64,000 bases of DNA from Octopus sinensis (Eukaryota), in contig NC_043016.1 in NCBI RefSeq assembly GCF_006345805.1, positions 25,358,001-25,422,000 of the forward strand. Reading direction: 5' to 3'. A program made the position numbers and the translations under genes. Each line of letters begins with the position of its first letter. Position 1 is the stretch's first letter. This document shows positions 39,180-52,116 of this stretch, one piece after another. A model generated the notes under the pieces. It did no database searches, was not told the origin of the DNA, and worked only from the letters and a program-made list of their open reading frames with translations.

Positions 39180-39422
39180 AAATATATACGGAGTAAACAC
39201 ATAAATGTGAAACAAGGTGGAAAAAAGAGTACTCAAATACCAGTGGTAGAGTAATATGCTTTATTTTAAGCAGCAGAAAATTCAACAAAATCTGTTACTC
39301 TGAGTTTCTCGTTGCCGTTCATCAGACAGTTTTTTCTAGCAAAAACTGTCTGATGAACGGCAACGAGAAACTCAGAGTAACAGAGTTTTGTTGAATTTTC
39401 TGCTGCTTAAAATAAAGTATAT
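39180..39422. repeat. Penelope-like terminal repeat ending in a near-perfect ~80-bp fold-back palindrome
   Basis: 39254-39334 vs 39341-39422: 1 indel, 1 mismatch, ~6-nt loop; single-copy heads of the family at ~11490, ~31420, ~37030; Penelope assignment from recall. Confidence 0.8.
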
Positions 39423-40214
39423 ATATATATATATATATATTGCTTTTAACATTGGCACAAGACCTGAAATTGCAAGTGAGGGAAACATTTGATTACATGA
39501 ATTCTTGTACTTGGCTGGTCCTTTATTTTAATGTTCCCTGCTACGATGAAAGGCAAAATTGGTCTTGGCAGGATCCAAACTTAGAACATAAAAAAACCAG
39601 AACAAGTAATCATTGAAAGCATTTTGTCCAATGTTCTTAAAGGAAATTATTGAGTACTTGGGAAGAAAAGTGTTGTAGTTTGTTTTGTGATAAAGAAGTA
39701 GAATAAATTAATGAAGAGAATGAGAACTTCTTCCAATGCACTAAAGTTTTCCATTTTTACATTGTAAGATGTACTACTCCATCTTCATTATTTTGTTATT
39801 GAGAAATACTTTATTTGATAAAGGAAATATAATTATCAACTTTTATATCCAGAATTTCAGTTTGAAGTTCTGAGATGAGAAATTACTCCTGATAATCAGT
39901 AATGTATCCAGAGGGAGCAGTGTCTTCAAGGTAGTTGTAATAGCAACAGTGTTTTGACTTTTGTGTGTCCACCAGCCGTCTTTAAATATTTGTTGTATTT
40001 GGTGAAATTTTCTTGGTATTGGGACATATCTTGTTGCTGCAACAGTTTGGTAACCACTGCACTGGTGAGTCACAACTAATCATAAACTTCCATCTTAAAT
40101 AAGGACCATATGCAATAATGATTTCTAGTTTAGATTCAAGGCCAGCAATTTTAAGAGGTGAGGGTTAGTTGATGATGATGATGACGATTTCAGTATTGGA
40201 CTGATACTTTTTTT

Positions 40215-40625
40215 GTAATGTGTCTTTTTTCGAATAATGAAGCTGGTTACATCGATCCCAGTGCTTAACTGGTACTTATTTAATCGACCCCGAAAGGATG
40301 AAAGGCAAAGTCGACCTCAGCGGAATTTGAACTCAGAACGTAACGGCAGCCAAAATACCACTAAGTATTCTGGCCAGCATGCTAATGACTCTTATTTCAT
40401 TATTGCGCACAAGGGGCTAAATATAGAGGGGACAAACAAGGACAGACAAAGGGATTAAGTCAATTACATCGACCCCAGTGTGTAACTGGTACTTAATTTA
40501 TCGACCTCGAAAGGATGAAAGGCAAAGTTGACCTCAGCGGAATTTGAACTCAGAGCATAACAGCAGACGAAATACCGCTAGGCATTTCACCTGGTGTGCT
40601 GATGTTTGTGCCAGCTCGCCGCCTT
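40215..40625 (-). mobile_element. Two tandem SINE family B copies
   Basis: Reverse complements of 29222-29455 at ~40215-40375 and ~40395-40625. Confidence 0.85.
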
Positions 40626-41074
40626 TATTTTATTGACTCCAGATGGATGAAAGGCAAAGTTCATCAGGGTAAGATTTGAACTTTGACTGTAAAGAGTCAT
40701 GTCTAAATGCAGTGAGGAATTTTCTCTGATAACCTGTACAGGGCCTCATGCATCACTGTTAAAAAACAATAAAGAAAAATGTAATTTGGAGAACACAATG
40801 ACTATTGAACAGGATGGACATGACTGGGATACCTTTGATCATAATTCTGCCGTATTGTGGTTGACTTGGGCTAAATAACAATAAGAATAAGCTTGAGTTT
40901 CTCCATGAAACAGAGTAAACTACCTTGTTTAAAGAGACAAAGTTATGAAAAATGCAAACTATTTTCACAACAATAAATGGTGAGCTTTTATATTTATGTT
41001 TATATAATGGTGGACAATAAATTGAGAGGAAAATAACCTCAAAACCATGATAAGGTAAACCACACAATCTTCAT

Positions 41075-41620
41075 TTTCCAGAAAGATTTCTGTGCAAGGA
41101 AAGGAAGGCAATAAAGATAGTAAAACTGACCATTCCCTGGGAACTGAGCATTGAAGATGCTTTCCTCAAGAAAGACAGAAAATATAATGAGTTGGTTAAA
41201 CTCTGTGAATGGGATTTCTTGGAACCAGAGTTCACTTGATGCTCAAGTGTCTTGAAGTGGTTGCAAAGGAGAGAAAGGCTGTTGCTAGAAAATTGTCAGA
41301 AGCTACTGAGAAAGCAAGTCATTACATTTGGCTCAAGAGAGAGGATGAATGGTGCAACTAAAACAAACATTGTGGATGGAAGAAACATCTGGCCCAGAGT
41401 CACAAAATCTAGTTCAACAAAGTTTGTGCTGCTGTGCTTGAGTTGTGTTGCCTATATCGGTGGGTGTCCCTGGGCAGTTCCAGTGTTGTGGTGGAAGAGG
41501 CTGAAACACCTGCAGAGCTGCTTCACCACCTGATGAGACATAGATTCCTGCATTTGGAGACTAAGTACACCAGCACCCAAAGTTCCATGCATGGTGAGAT
41601 ATTTTGATGAAACTGCGTAT
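41075..41620 (+). mobile_element. HERO/R2-like non-LTR retrotransposon 3' end with restriction-like endonuclease
   Basis: KIVKLTIPWELSIEDAFLKKDRKYNELVKLC matches the ELTVPWE..KY REL motif; C-terminus KLSEATEKASHYIWLKREDEW*. Confidence 0.75.
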
Positions 41621-42399
41621 CTCTTTTGTTGTGTGCATATATAATCGTGTTGCATCATTAGAGTCTATGAAACGAAAGGTGTGGTTTACCGTGTAACCGT
41701 GTTTGACAGTTGGTTAACTTTTTCACCTTGCCCGACATGTACATAAAACGAAAGATTGCCGGATAAATAAATAAGTAAAAAAAAAAATTGGATTTTACAT
41801 CGGAAAATATTAAGATAAACGAAGTTCATTGCGAGACTGGGTTTATCTTTTTGGTAATGAACGGAGCATTCTTTAAGAAAGAAAATAAACTTGAAAATAA
41901 AAGGTAGGAATAAAGAGGTGAGAAAGGAAGAACGAGAGAAAGATGCAAAGAAACAAAAAAAGTAAAAAAAAAAAGGATAGTAGGCAGAAATGAATGAATG
42001 GAAGAAGGAAGAACATGAAACTCTTGTAACGCAATTTGTCCAGCCCATTAGCTTTTGAAGAATTCATGAAGTAGGTGGCTTAACGTAGATGAAGAGCTAA
42101 AAAAAGGTTTGCATTACGGAATAAGGTTAATAGATTATTCCATACTAGTTTGTTGTTTAGTTTAGTTTTAATATGTTTCAACCACATACAAGCATGTACA
42201 CACACACACACACACACGTAATTAGGCACGCGCGCACGCACTCAAACAGACGCATACATGTTTACACACGCACACAAAAAAAAAATAAAACGAAAGACGA
42301 AATACATGAAAGCAAGAAGAAAAAAAATAAGGCAAAGTAAAGACATTCTGATGAAATGGGGAAAGAAAAGATGGATGGAAGGAAGAAATAGAGATAAGA

Positions 42400-42438
42400 G
42401 AGAGAGCGAGAGAGAATGCGCGTGTGAGTTGTATGAGA

Positions 42439-42485
<47 letters not shown>

Positions 42486-44720
42486 CGTGTGAGGAAAAGA
42501 AAGAGACAGAAAGATAAACACACAGAGAGAATGTGTGTGTGAAGGAGAGAAAGAGACAGACAGACAGTAAGACAGAGAAGGTGGAGAGAGAGAGAGAGAG
42601 AGAGAGAGGTCAGACAGAAAGAGAAAGAGAGAATGAAAGAAAGACAGGAAAAAGAATATGAAAGAAAGAAAAATAAGAGAAAACATATACATACAGACAT
42701 ATGTAGATGTGTGTGTATATCTATATATGTGTGTGTGTGTGTGTGTGGAAAAAAAAAAGAAAAAGAGTGACGGCAGAGGTAGAGGGGGTGATAATTTTGT
42801 TTCTATTAGCCTTCCGTAACTTGTTAGCCTATTTTGGTATGATAGATGGGTCAGCCACGGCACAATTTAACCATGCACGCTTCCTGTTGATTTGGAGCAC
42901 ACCATGAGAGAGGCGAGGGAAGGGTAGCAACTATATAGAAACACACACACACATATATATATATACATACACACACATTTATAATTATAAAGAAATAAAA
43001 GTGAAAAGCAAAAGAAATTTTACATATATATATATATATATATATATATCCACACGCATATCTATAAATTATACACACGTATATTTGAACTTACATGTAT
43101 ATAAAATATACACAAAATTAGACACGCACACACTCTTAGCAATATTTTATGCAGAATTTAGCGCATAATATATATTGTGCATGCGTGTGTGAAAGCATGC
43201 CCGCTGTATATGCATGCATACGCACACGTACATATAAACATTTATACATAAGTTGCATATACGTATATATACATACATACACACACATGGATTCATATTT
43301 TAATACACATATACACGTGTTCGTGTGTTTGTGAGCGTGTCTCTGTATTTGATTTGATACAAGTGGAATGACGAAGCAAGCAAAAGTGTGTATATTTGTG
43401 TACGTATATAAAAGCTATGTATATTTGTTTACCAGAATTTTGAGGGTATATATATGTGTGTGCGTGTGTGTGTGTGCGCGCGCGCTAATAATTTGTTGCC
43501 CTGATTTCTGCGTATGTTTTATGTAGCTGACTAAACACCCTATATGAAAACCATTAGATTTATACACGCACACACGTGATGATATTTTAACGATCTACCG
43601 TTTGTGTAAGTAATACTCATTCTCTACACAGGTAAAAAGAAATACATACATGCATATATGTATACATATGAGTGTGTTGTAGAGGTTTTCTTTACACGTA
43701 GCCTCTGTGTGTGTGTGTGTGATATTTATTTGCGCATAGTAAGTAAATTATATGAGACGGGAAGAGAAAACAGCTGGAGTTGTGAAACGGTAGAGTTCGA
43801 AGAAGGAACACCTTGATGGTACTGCGCGAAATTGGTAAAGTTAACTAGAGAGAGTGTATGTGTGGAGGTAGACGGTGTATGTGTGTGTGTATTTGAGAGA
43901 GAGGGGGGAGAGAAAGTGAGATAGAGAGGAGGAGTGTGGGAAGGCGATAGAAAAAAGTTTAAAAGATATAGTTTGTGGGAGAGAGAGAGAGAGGTGTCTC
44001 TATTAGAGAGAAAGACAACATAGATAGAAGCAGAAATGGGAGAGAACGTGAAATAAATAGGTAGAGAGGTAAAAGAGGAAGAGAGAGAAAAAGAGATTGA
44101 GAACAAAACGAAAAGGAGAATGAGAGAGAAAAGCAAGCGTAAGCGTGTGTGAAATAAAAGTATTAACTGAGAGAGGGAGGAGGGTAGAATAGTAAAAAAA
44201 GGATGTAAGATAGAGAGAGAGAGAGTCAATAATAAGAAAGGAGGGGTGAAAGAGAGAAGGAGAGGAGAGTAAGTGAGTGTGGGAGGAAACGAAGGTAAAA
44301 AAATAATAAAGGTTGAAGGGGAGGCGGGAGAAAAGAGGAAAGGTGGGAGGGAACAGCTGTCAGGCAGAAATACTGATAGTGAGAGGGAAGTGGGGGAGTA
44401 TGGCCGGTGGGCGGGTAACAACAACAACAACTGCAACAGCAATAATGAAAGAATAAACATACGACCGACCAGAGGTGAAAGAAAAGAAAAAGGTGGGGCG
44501 GGAGAAGGAAAGAGTATCAGACACAGACAGTAAAGAGGAAAAAGAAAGAAAGAAAATAAAAGATGTAAGAAACACGTAGGAGCAAGAGGGGAAGGATACT
44601 GATAAAGAGAATGAGGAAAGGCAGGAAAAATAATAAAGGAAGAAGACAGAGAAGAAGTGGACGTTGGTGGAGGAGAGGGCGGCAGAGATTTTGAAAGGGT
44701 AAAGGGAAGAGAAAGGCAAA
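42400..44720. repeat. Extended GA/CT-rich low-complexity and microsatellite region
   Basis: Long (GA)n and purine-rich tracts; source of the L/S/F-rich ORFs. Confidence 0.85.
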
Positions 44721-45754
44721 TATGGTTTCTTGTGAAGGACGAATCCTTTAAAGTTTTATTTTGTTTTTGTTTTTAGCTGCTCACTTCTTCCCTCGCATAG
44801 GTTGTCATGTTTCTTTTTTGAATGCATCTATATAGTACTTCGCTTATGGATGCTGAAAACCAACTTTGGAGTATCGTTTTGTCCATTATCACCGACAACG
44901 ATAGGTATAATAATGACGATTTCTTCCATTGACCAACAAGGGCCCAAAACATTGAAGTCAATAAAGTAATAATAATAATAATCTTATTCACTGCATCTTT
45001 ATTCATTTTACCTACTTGTGTGTCTTGTTTGTTTTTCTTCACATATTTTATCTTCTCTCTATCTTCTCTGCTACCTGCCTGCCTACCTACCTATATATAC
45101 ATATCTGCCTACTTTTCTTTTACTTATTATCTACCTGCCGTCATATACTCTATTTACCTACACTTCCCTATCCCAACCTACCTGTTCTTACCTATATCCA
45201 AACAGACCTACCTCTCTCTCTCTCTCTCTCTCTTTACCCACCCAAACCCTTTCTCCCTGCCTGCTTGCCTATCTGACAGCCATTCCTGTACCACACCTAC
45301 GTAATTTGTAACCAGTGTTAATGTGGCAAAATAAATAGGGTAGCTTTTATTAGGCCTCGCTACAGTGCGCTGTTCTACCCATGTAGCTTTATATTCTGAT
45401 TTCAAATCCCGCTTGGGACGAACTTTGTATTTCCTTCTTCCGGGGTCGATAAGCATAAGGGTACTAGTAATAACCTGGAAATCGATTTATAAGATGCAGT
45501 CTCATATATATATAAAGTAACGTCCTTTTTGCAACGTGACACTGTGAGTTCAAATCCAGCTGATGCTTTGACTTTGCCATTTATTCTTCCAGGGTTGTCG
45601 ATGAAATAAAATACTTCTCAAGTACGCGATCGATTTTAATCCATTATTGCCTTCCTCGCGTGTGTGACCTCGTGCAGAGTCAGTGGTGTATCGGGCAAAA
45701 TACTTTATGGTAGTTAACAAACTTTCCTTTATATCAAGGGTCAGTATTAACCTA

Positions 45755-45985
45755 TTTCTCTACTACCCACAAGGAGTTAAACATAGAGGGGACAAACAAG
45801 GACAGACAAACGGATTAAGTCGATTACATCGACCTCAATGCGTAACTGGTACTTAATTTATCGACCCCGAAAGGATGAAAGGCAAAGTCGACCTCGGCGG
45901 AATTTGAACTCAGAACGGAACAGCAGACGAAATACGGCTACGCATTCCGTCCGGTGTGCTAGTGTTTCTGCCAGCTCGCCGCCTT
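45755..45985 (-). mobile_element. SINE family B, full length, CpG-intact
   Basis: Reverse complement of 29222-29455 family with most CpGs retained. Confidence 0.9.
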
Positions 45986-46214
45986 AGGGTCAGTATTAAC
46001 CGTAATAGTGATAGTGGGTCTGTGTGACTATCGATAAACACGTGAAACGAATTTGAGAATTAAAGGTACTGAATTATTGGCGAACTGAATGTAGAAGAGT
46101 GCAGCTGTCTCACTCATTTCCAGCCAAATATTTATATAACTATTGATATTCATCAAAACACATATTTTTGCCTTATTGAACTGAATTTTAAATTCTTTAG
46201 ATCTTTCTTAAAAG

Positions 46215-46680
46215 TGATAATGACACTGTGAAGAGGTTACACGTAAGAAGTTTGGATACGGTTAGCCATGGCAAGAACGTCCACGGAAAAGCTTAACATC
46301 TGAACCAACAAAAGTGCCTACGTTAAAAACAAGGCTAGTGCGAGCTTTTATTTGGCTCATTGGCATTTATGATTGCGAAGCATTGACTCTGAACAAATCT
46401 GATTATGTTGAGAGAACATAATCAATGAGTTTGAAATGTGGGTGTACAGGAGGATGTTACGAGTCTCTTACAAGAATCATCAGATAAATTAGGTGAAAGA
46501 CGACAAACAAAAATCTCATCTATTACGGCCATATTCAAAGGAGCAGAAGTTTCGATGACATTATCATGGAAGGGAGAGTAGTAAATCAAGAAGCAGGCAC
46601 AGAAAGCAATGGATGGGCAATATCAAAGAGCTGGTTGAACAAAAGTGGCAAGGTAATCACACAAAAGAATGAAGGAATTA
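46215..46680 (+). pseudogene. RTE (BovB-like) ORF C-terminal fragment
   Basis: RLAMART..KTRLVRA..INEFEMWVYRRMLRVSY..YYGHIQR..IIMEGRV..WMGNIKE across frameshifts. Confidence 0.8.
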
Positions 46681-48014
46681 TTGCTTTTAGATCAAATTTT
46701 TTTTCAATAAACTATGTTTCTTATTTTTATTTTAGAAATTTACATTGTAGGGGTGTAAGTTATCAATGATTCCATGTAAGGGTCGATGTTATATAAGAAG
46801 TTTGCCGACCATTCGTATACATTGTCTAAGGATACATTTCTCAGATTTTTTTTTGTTTTGATTGCATTTACATCTAGAATGCTTAATAAGATTTTAAACC
46901 GATTCTATTATCATGATTCACTATTTATTTTATCAATCAAGGAAAAATTGCAAGACAAAGTCTAGTGCAGCTGTATTTGAATTCTGGACGTAGATAGTCT
47001 AAGTAAAATTTGCAAGATACATCTGACACTCTTAACGATTCTGCCAGTCGAGTTTTAGGGGTGCGGGTGCACGCACCATCGTGACATACAGCATATCTTG
47101 ACCATTATTAAATATGAGAGAGAGGTGGTTTTGGAGGGGAGTTCATCCCCCACTAGCCTGGACAGCGCTAATTTTTCAGAGAGGGAAAGAGAGCATCGAT
47201 GGCAGTACATAAGCTGTTCTCAAACTGACACACTATTTTGTCACCACACTCCATCCACCCCTAACAAAATTTGCGAAAGATTTTTTTTTTTCTTTGTCCT
47301 CCCTTAGGCATATGTCCAGCGATATTGAGTGGCTGGGTTAGTCGATATCGTCGGTTTAGGTATGTTATTGATACTTTATATTATCCACTTCGGAGAAAGA
47401 ACGGCAAAGTTGACCTTGGCGGGATTTGAACTTTGAACATTAAGAGCCAGAAGAAATACTGTCGCTCTAACGGTTCTGTCAGCTCGTCGTCTTCTTTCTC
47501 TTTATTGATGTTTTCGAATAAACAAAATATAATTTAGCATTCACATGAGTCATCGTGCATGGCTATGTGCTGCATAAAATTTTTTAAAAAGTTGAAAACC
47601 TTCTCGATTTGGCTGAATCGTGAGATCGTCTGACAAAATGCCTTGCCGTTTTTAGTTGAGTTGTGTTCTGAGTTCAAATTCCGCCCAAGCCAATATTGTC
47701 TTTTATCATTTTGGTGACGATAAAATAATATACCAGTCCAGTTCTAGGGTCGGTAGTATCAACTAACTCATTCACCCTATATCTCAGAGCTTGTGTCTCT
47801 GCCGGAAAGAAATTTATTGTCTATGGTAATTTAGCCGCCTCACTGGCTCCTTTTGAAACGTTGCTGTATATAGACTGATACTTTATTTATCGATCCCTAG
47901 AAAGACGAAAGGTAAAGATAACCTCTGACATACATAATGTGCTGATTAAACCCGACTTGAATATAAAACAACAATAGTTATTGTCGTTGCTGTTGCCGTT
48001 ACTCTCGTTATCGC

Positions 48015-48150
48015 TGCGGAGGCGCGTGACTTAGTAGTTAGGGTGGTGGACTCATGATTGTAAGATTGTAGTTTCGATTTCTGGACTGGGTAATGCATTG
48101 TGTTCGTGAGCTAAACATTTCGTTTCACGTTACTCCAGTCCACTCACATG
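48015..48150 (+). mobile_element. tRNA-derived SINE, third family
   Basis: ggaggcgcgtgacttagtagttaggg..gtttcgatttctgg (A/B-box-like) followed by a CORE-like ttcgtgagctaaacatttc segment. Confidence 0.6.
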
Positions 48151-48571
48151 TCAGAAATTATTAATACACTACAGAAACCCAGGAAACTGGCTCTGTGAAT
48201 CTGTATGACTAGGGACGGAGCTTTATGTAACGGTGTTACTGGGAACTGCCTCAATTAAGGAGAGAAAATGCTTTATCCTTTACCCTTACAATTGTAGCTA
48301 TCGCTGTTGGTTTCGTTTCTGTTGCTGCTGTTGTTGTTATTGCTACTGCTGCTGCTGTTGTTGTTATTGTTACTATTTTTTGTCCCTGCTGTTGTTTTTA
48401 CCGTTTTCGCTACTGTTACCATTGTGGTAACCATTACTCTTGCTTATATTGTTGTTGCGGCTATTGTTGTTGCTTGTTATTGTTAATGCTCTAGCTGTAG
48501 TGGTGTTACTGTTGTTTATGTTGCAGTTAATGTTGTTCTTACTGTGACTGTCGTTCTCGTAAATGTTTTTG

Positions 48572-49195
48572 GGATCTTTACCTTTTCACCGACAGATTTA
48601 AAAAATATTTTTTTGTAACTAAACACTTTCAAACCTCGTATACTGGTAGAATGTGTCACATAAAACATCTTTTACTCTTGGTGTTGTTGAGAAAAATCTG
48701 TATTTTGGAAGTTATTTCTTGTTAAAGTTGTCGTAATACGGTAATTTCAACCAATCAAAGACGTGTCATTGTTATTTATGACATCGTTCGTGCATTTATA
48801 CTGGTTTTAGGGTTAGGGTTGGGGTTTTAGTGATGGAGTTACGGAAAAAAAATGAAAAATGAAGCACGAACGATTATGGTGGTGCCATGAAGTAAACATG
48901 CTTCAGGTACACGCGTTTATTCATATAAATGTGACTGAGATGAAATATGTGCCGCTAGAAGTTGTTGATAAACAACAGCAGTAATTTTATTCAGCTGAAT
49001 ACACGTCATTGATTGGTTGAAATTACTAAATTACGACAACTTTAACAAGAAATAACTTCCAAAATATAGAATTTTCTCAACAACGCCAAGAGTAAAAGAT
49101 GTTTTATGTGACACATTCTACCAGTATACGAAGTTTGAAAGTGCTTAGTTACAAAAAGTTATTTTTTAAATCTGTCAGTCAAAGGGTAAAGATCC
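48572..49195. mobile_element. MITE with ~195-bp TIRs, superfamily unassigned
   Basis: 48572-48767 vs reverse complement of 49001-49195, about 90% identical by eye; GG..CC ends; no clear TSD. Confidence 0.85.
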
Positions 49196-49199
49196 ACAA

Positions 49200-49610
49200 G
49201 TTGCTTAGCGGCATTTCGTTTGTCTTTATGTTTTGAGCCTCAAATTCTACTGAGGTCGACATTGCCTTTTGGGATCGATAAAATAAGGTACCAGTTGAGC
49301 ACTGGGGTCAATGTAATCAATTTACTCCTTCCTCCAAAAGTGCTGGCCTTGTGCCAAAATTTGAAACCATTATTATTCCACTTTTAAAGGCAGCAAACTG
49401 GCAGAATTGTTAACACCCTTGACAAAACGCTTAGTGGTTTTTCATTTGTCTCTACGTTCTGAGTTCAAATTCCATCAAGGTCAACTCTGCCTTTCATCCT
49501 TTCAGGGGCAGGGTGGGGTCTATTAAGTAAGTACCAGCTGAGTACTGGTGTCGATGTAATCGACTAACACACTCCCCCTAAAATTGCTAGCCTTTTGTCA
49601 AAATTTGAAA
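49200..49610 (+). mobile_element. Two tandem SINE family B copies
   Basis: ~49200-49370 and ~49385-49610. Confidence 0.8.
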
Positions 49611-50034
49611 CCATGAAGCTAGTCAGCTAGTAGAATCGTTACTATGCTAGACAAAATACTTGGCCTAATTTCTTCTGGTTTTTTTTTCATGTTTCTGAGG
49701 TTGACTTTGCCTTTCAGAATGGGCAAAATAAGGGTTTACATGTAGTTTACCATTGTAAAAAGAATGTAAATTGCCCAAGTGAGTGAAGCTAAATTGCAAT
49801 AGAAATTGAGAACTAAATTGTGAAAGAAAGTGACGACTGACATCCCATGTAAATAATCTATGTGACATGATCAATGTATAGAAAATGTATGGGCAATCAT
49901 TTTTGAGATGTAAACCGCATGAAACATGATTTATTATCAGGTAGGTAACACTATTAAAAAATATTCGAATTTTTTTCTCAAGCATGCCATTCAGAAAGTC
50001 CTGCTGGCCACAGTTTGAATGTACATATTCTTTT

Positions 50035-50470
50035 ATTCTTTTACTTGTTTCAATCATTTGACTGGGCTCATGCTGGAGCACCACCTTAAAAGGTTTTAGT
50101 CATAGAAATTGACCCCAGGACTTATTCCTTGTAAGCCTAGTACTTATTCTATTGGTCTCTTTTGCCGAACCACTAAGTTACAGGGACATAAATGTGCCGA
50201 CATCAGTTGTCAAGCAATGATGGGGGAGGGGGAAACAAAGACACATAAATATATACATGTGTATGTATGTGTGTATGTGTGTATATTTATATATATATAT
50301 ATATATACATATATATAAAATGGGCTTCTTTCAGTTTCCATCTACCAAATCCACACACAAGGCTGTGGTCAGCCCAAAGCTACAGCAGAAGACACTTGCC
50401 CAAGGTGCCATGCAGTGGGACTGAAACGGGAACCATGCGGTTGGGATGCAAAGTTCTTACCACACAGCTA
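50035..50470 (-). mobile_element. CORE-type SINE
   Basis: Reverse complement of the 4548-4930 family with internal (TA/TG)n. Confidence 0.85.
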
Positions 50471-51058
50471 CATCCGATTTAATATTTAGCCAGCATGTGT
50501 GTTTTCTGAAAGGCATGTTCTATGTTGTGGTGTTAAGTGTGGCAAGCAACAAGAGGAAGAAGCAAGGCAAGGCAAGAAGAGGAAGAGGGAGAATTTTGCA
50601 ATACTTCGCTTTTATATCAACCAGTGGTAATGCCACTTATCCGCATTCCTGCCGGAAGTTGCACCCCATTCCAGAATATCCTGTAGCAAAGTAAGAAACG
50701 CAACTCTTGTTTGTTTCCCTTTCTCTCTGGTAGGGTTTGCTACAGATACTCCCCCTTTCGATGACCAGTCGGAAAAGTCAGCACTCTGTGATGGAGGACC
50801 GGAAAGAAATTGGAACAGAAAAGCTCATAGTAAGGCCGAAAAAGAAATGTATGAAAGAAAACATGCAAAATGCTGAACAAGGAGCAAAGTAACACAGCAA
50901 AGCAAAAATGAAAACATGCATAAAAGGTAATTCTATGTGGTAAAGCAAGTTCACAGTTTGCACTAGATCAGCCAGTTCAGATATAGATAGTTTTGCACAG
51001 CTTAGTGGACCAGTGTGAGTTGTAGTATGTAGATGGAGGTGGGGACAATGTGTGCAAT

Positions 51059-51775
51059 TGTTACGACCTTACTTCCTCTAAGCGATCGGGTTCAGTTGTC
51101 TTCTCTGGGCCATCAGAGAATGCGCCAACAACAGCATGAAACGCTGTCATGTGTAAGCAGACTTGTTGGCCAGATCCAAGGATCTCACCGGATTGTTTGG
51201 TCGGTAGTAGCGACGTGTGGTGTGTACAAAGGGCAAGGACATGATCGACATGGGCTGATGACCTGTGCCTACCAGGAATTCCTAATTCATGGGTTTGGTT
51301 CCAGGCCCTGATCCCTGTCATGGGAGGTGGTTCAGAGGTTTCCCAACCCTCTCGGGCCAGGAGATGTGCCACTGATACCTCCAGTGTAGCGCGTGTTCGG
51401 CCCCGGACATGTGTGAGGATAGTGAATATGAAGGTGTAGCATATTTTGGTGAACAGTGTTTGTGAGGTGGGTATGTGGCTCTGGTGTCAGAGTGTCTGTA
51501 AAAGCCTGTTTTACCCTTTCAGTTGAGGCAGTCTCTTTTCTCCTATTAATGTCTATGGTGAAAAGTTCGTTTTTCATCAATGACAAACAACAGGCTTACA
51601 GTAGGAGTAACTGCTCTGTGACCAGGAATCAATAAATCTGTTGAGCTACCCAACAAATGCTGCATCCATGAGGAGTGAGAAGTGGTGGAGGATATCTTCC
51701 CCAAGAATAAGGTAGGGCAGGTCGGCAATGATGAAGACCTGTTTGAAGTCTCTCTGGAATGCCAAATCCAGGAAC
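51059..51775 (-). mobile_element. Internally deleted Gypsy element: protease end joined to integrase end, plus 3' LTR
   Basis: LDLAFQRDFKQVFIIADLPYLILGEDILHHFSLLMD (retropepsin C-terminus), FTIDINRRKETASTERVKQAF (integrase tail), PPT-like ctggagg, LTR ending gtcgtaaca at 51059. Confidence 0.75.
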
Positions 51776-51927
51776 ATATATTTTATATAAGATTAAAACA
51801 ATCACATTTATGGGGAAACATGACAGTCATTGATGCATGAAACGAGATTTGTGAATAGTTTTTCACAATCTCTAAATTTGTTTTGCTGCACATGCTCATT
51901 AAAATATGTTGTAAATAAATCATTGTT

Positions 51928-52072
51928 AGGCGTAGGAGTGGCTGTGTGGTAAGTAGCTTGCTTATGAACCATATGGTTCCAGGTTCAGTCACACTGCGTG
52001 GCACCTTGGGCAAGTGTCTTCTACTGACCAAAGCCTTTTGAGTGGATTTGGTAGACAGAAACTGAAAGAAGC

Positions 52073-52116
<44 letters not shown>

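Noticed and set aside
39348-39392. Hammerhead ribozyme core CTGATGA..GAAA in the Penelope-like palindrome
   Set aside because: Stem III is possible but stems I and II do not pair canonically
41520-41560. GAAAC..CTGATGA hammerhead-like motifs in the LINE 3' UTR
   Set aside because: No stem III partner or UH cleavage site in the required topology
43726-44460. 244-aa L/S/P/F-rich ORF (and 42222-42863)
   Set aside because: Low-complexity CT/GA tracts, not a credible membrane protein
44773-45042. ORF with hydrophobic IIIIITLLTSMFWALVG, or a cadherin-like GDNGQNDTP in another frame
   Set aside because: The Ile run comes from a (TAA)n repeat, there is no acceptor context, and the segment is too short for a cadherin repeat
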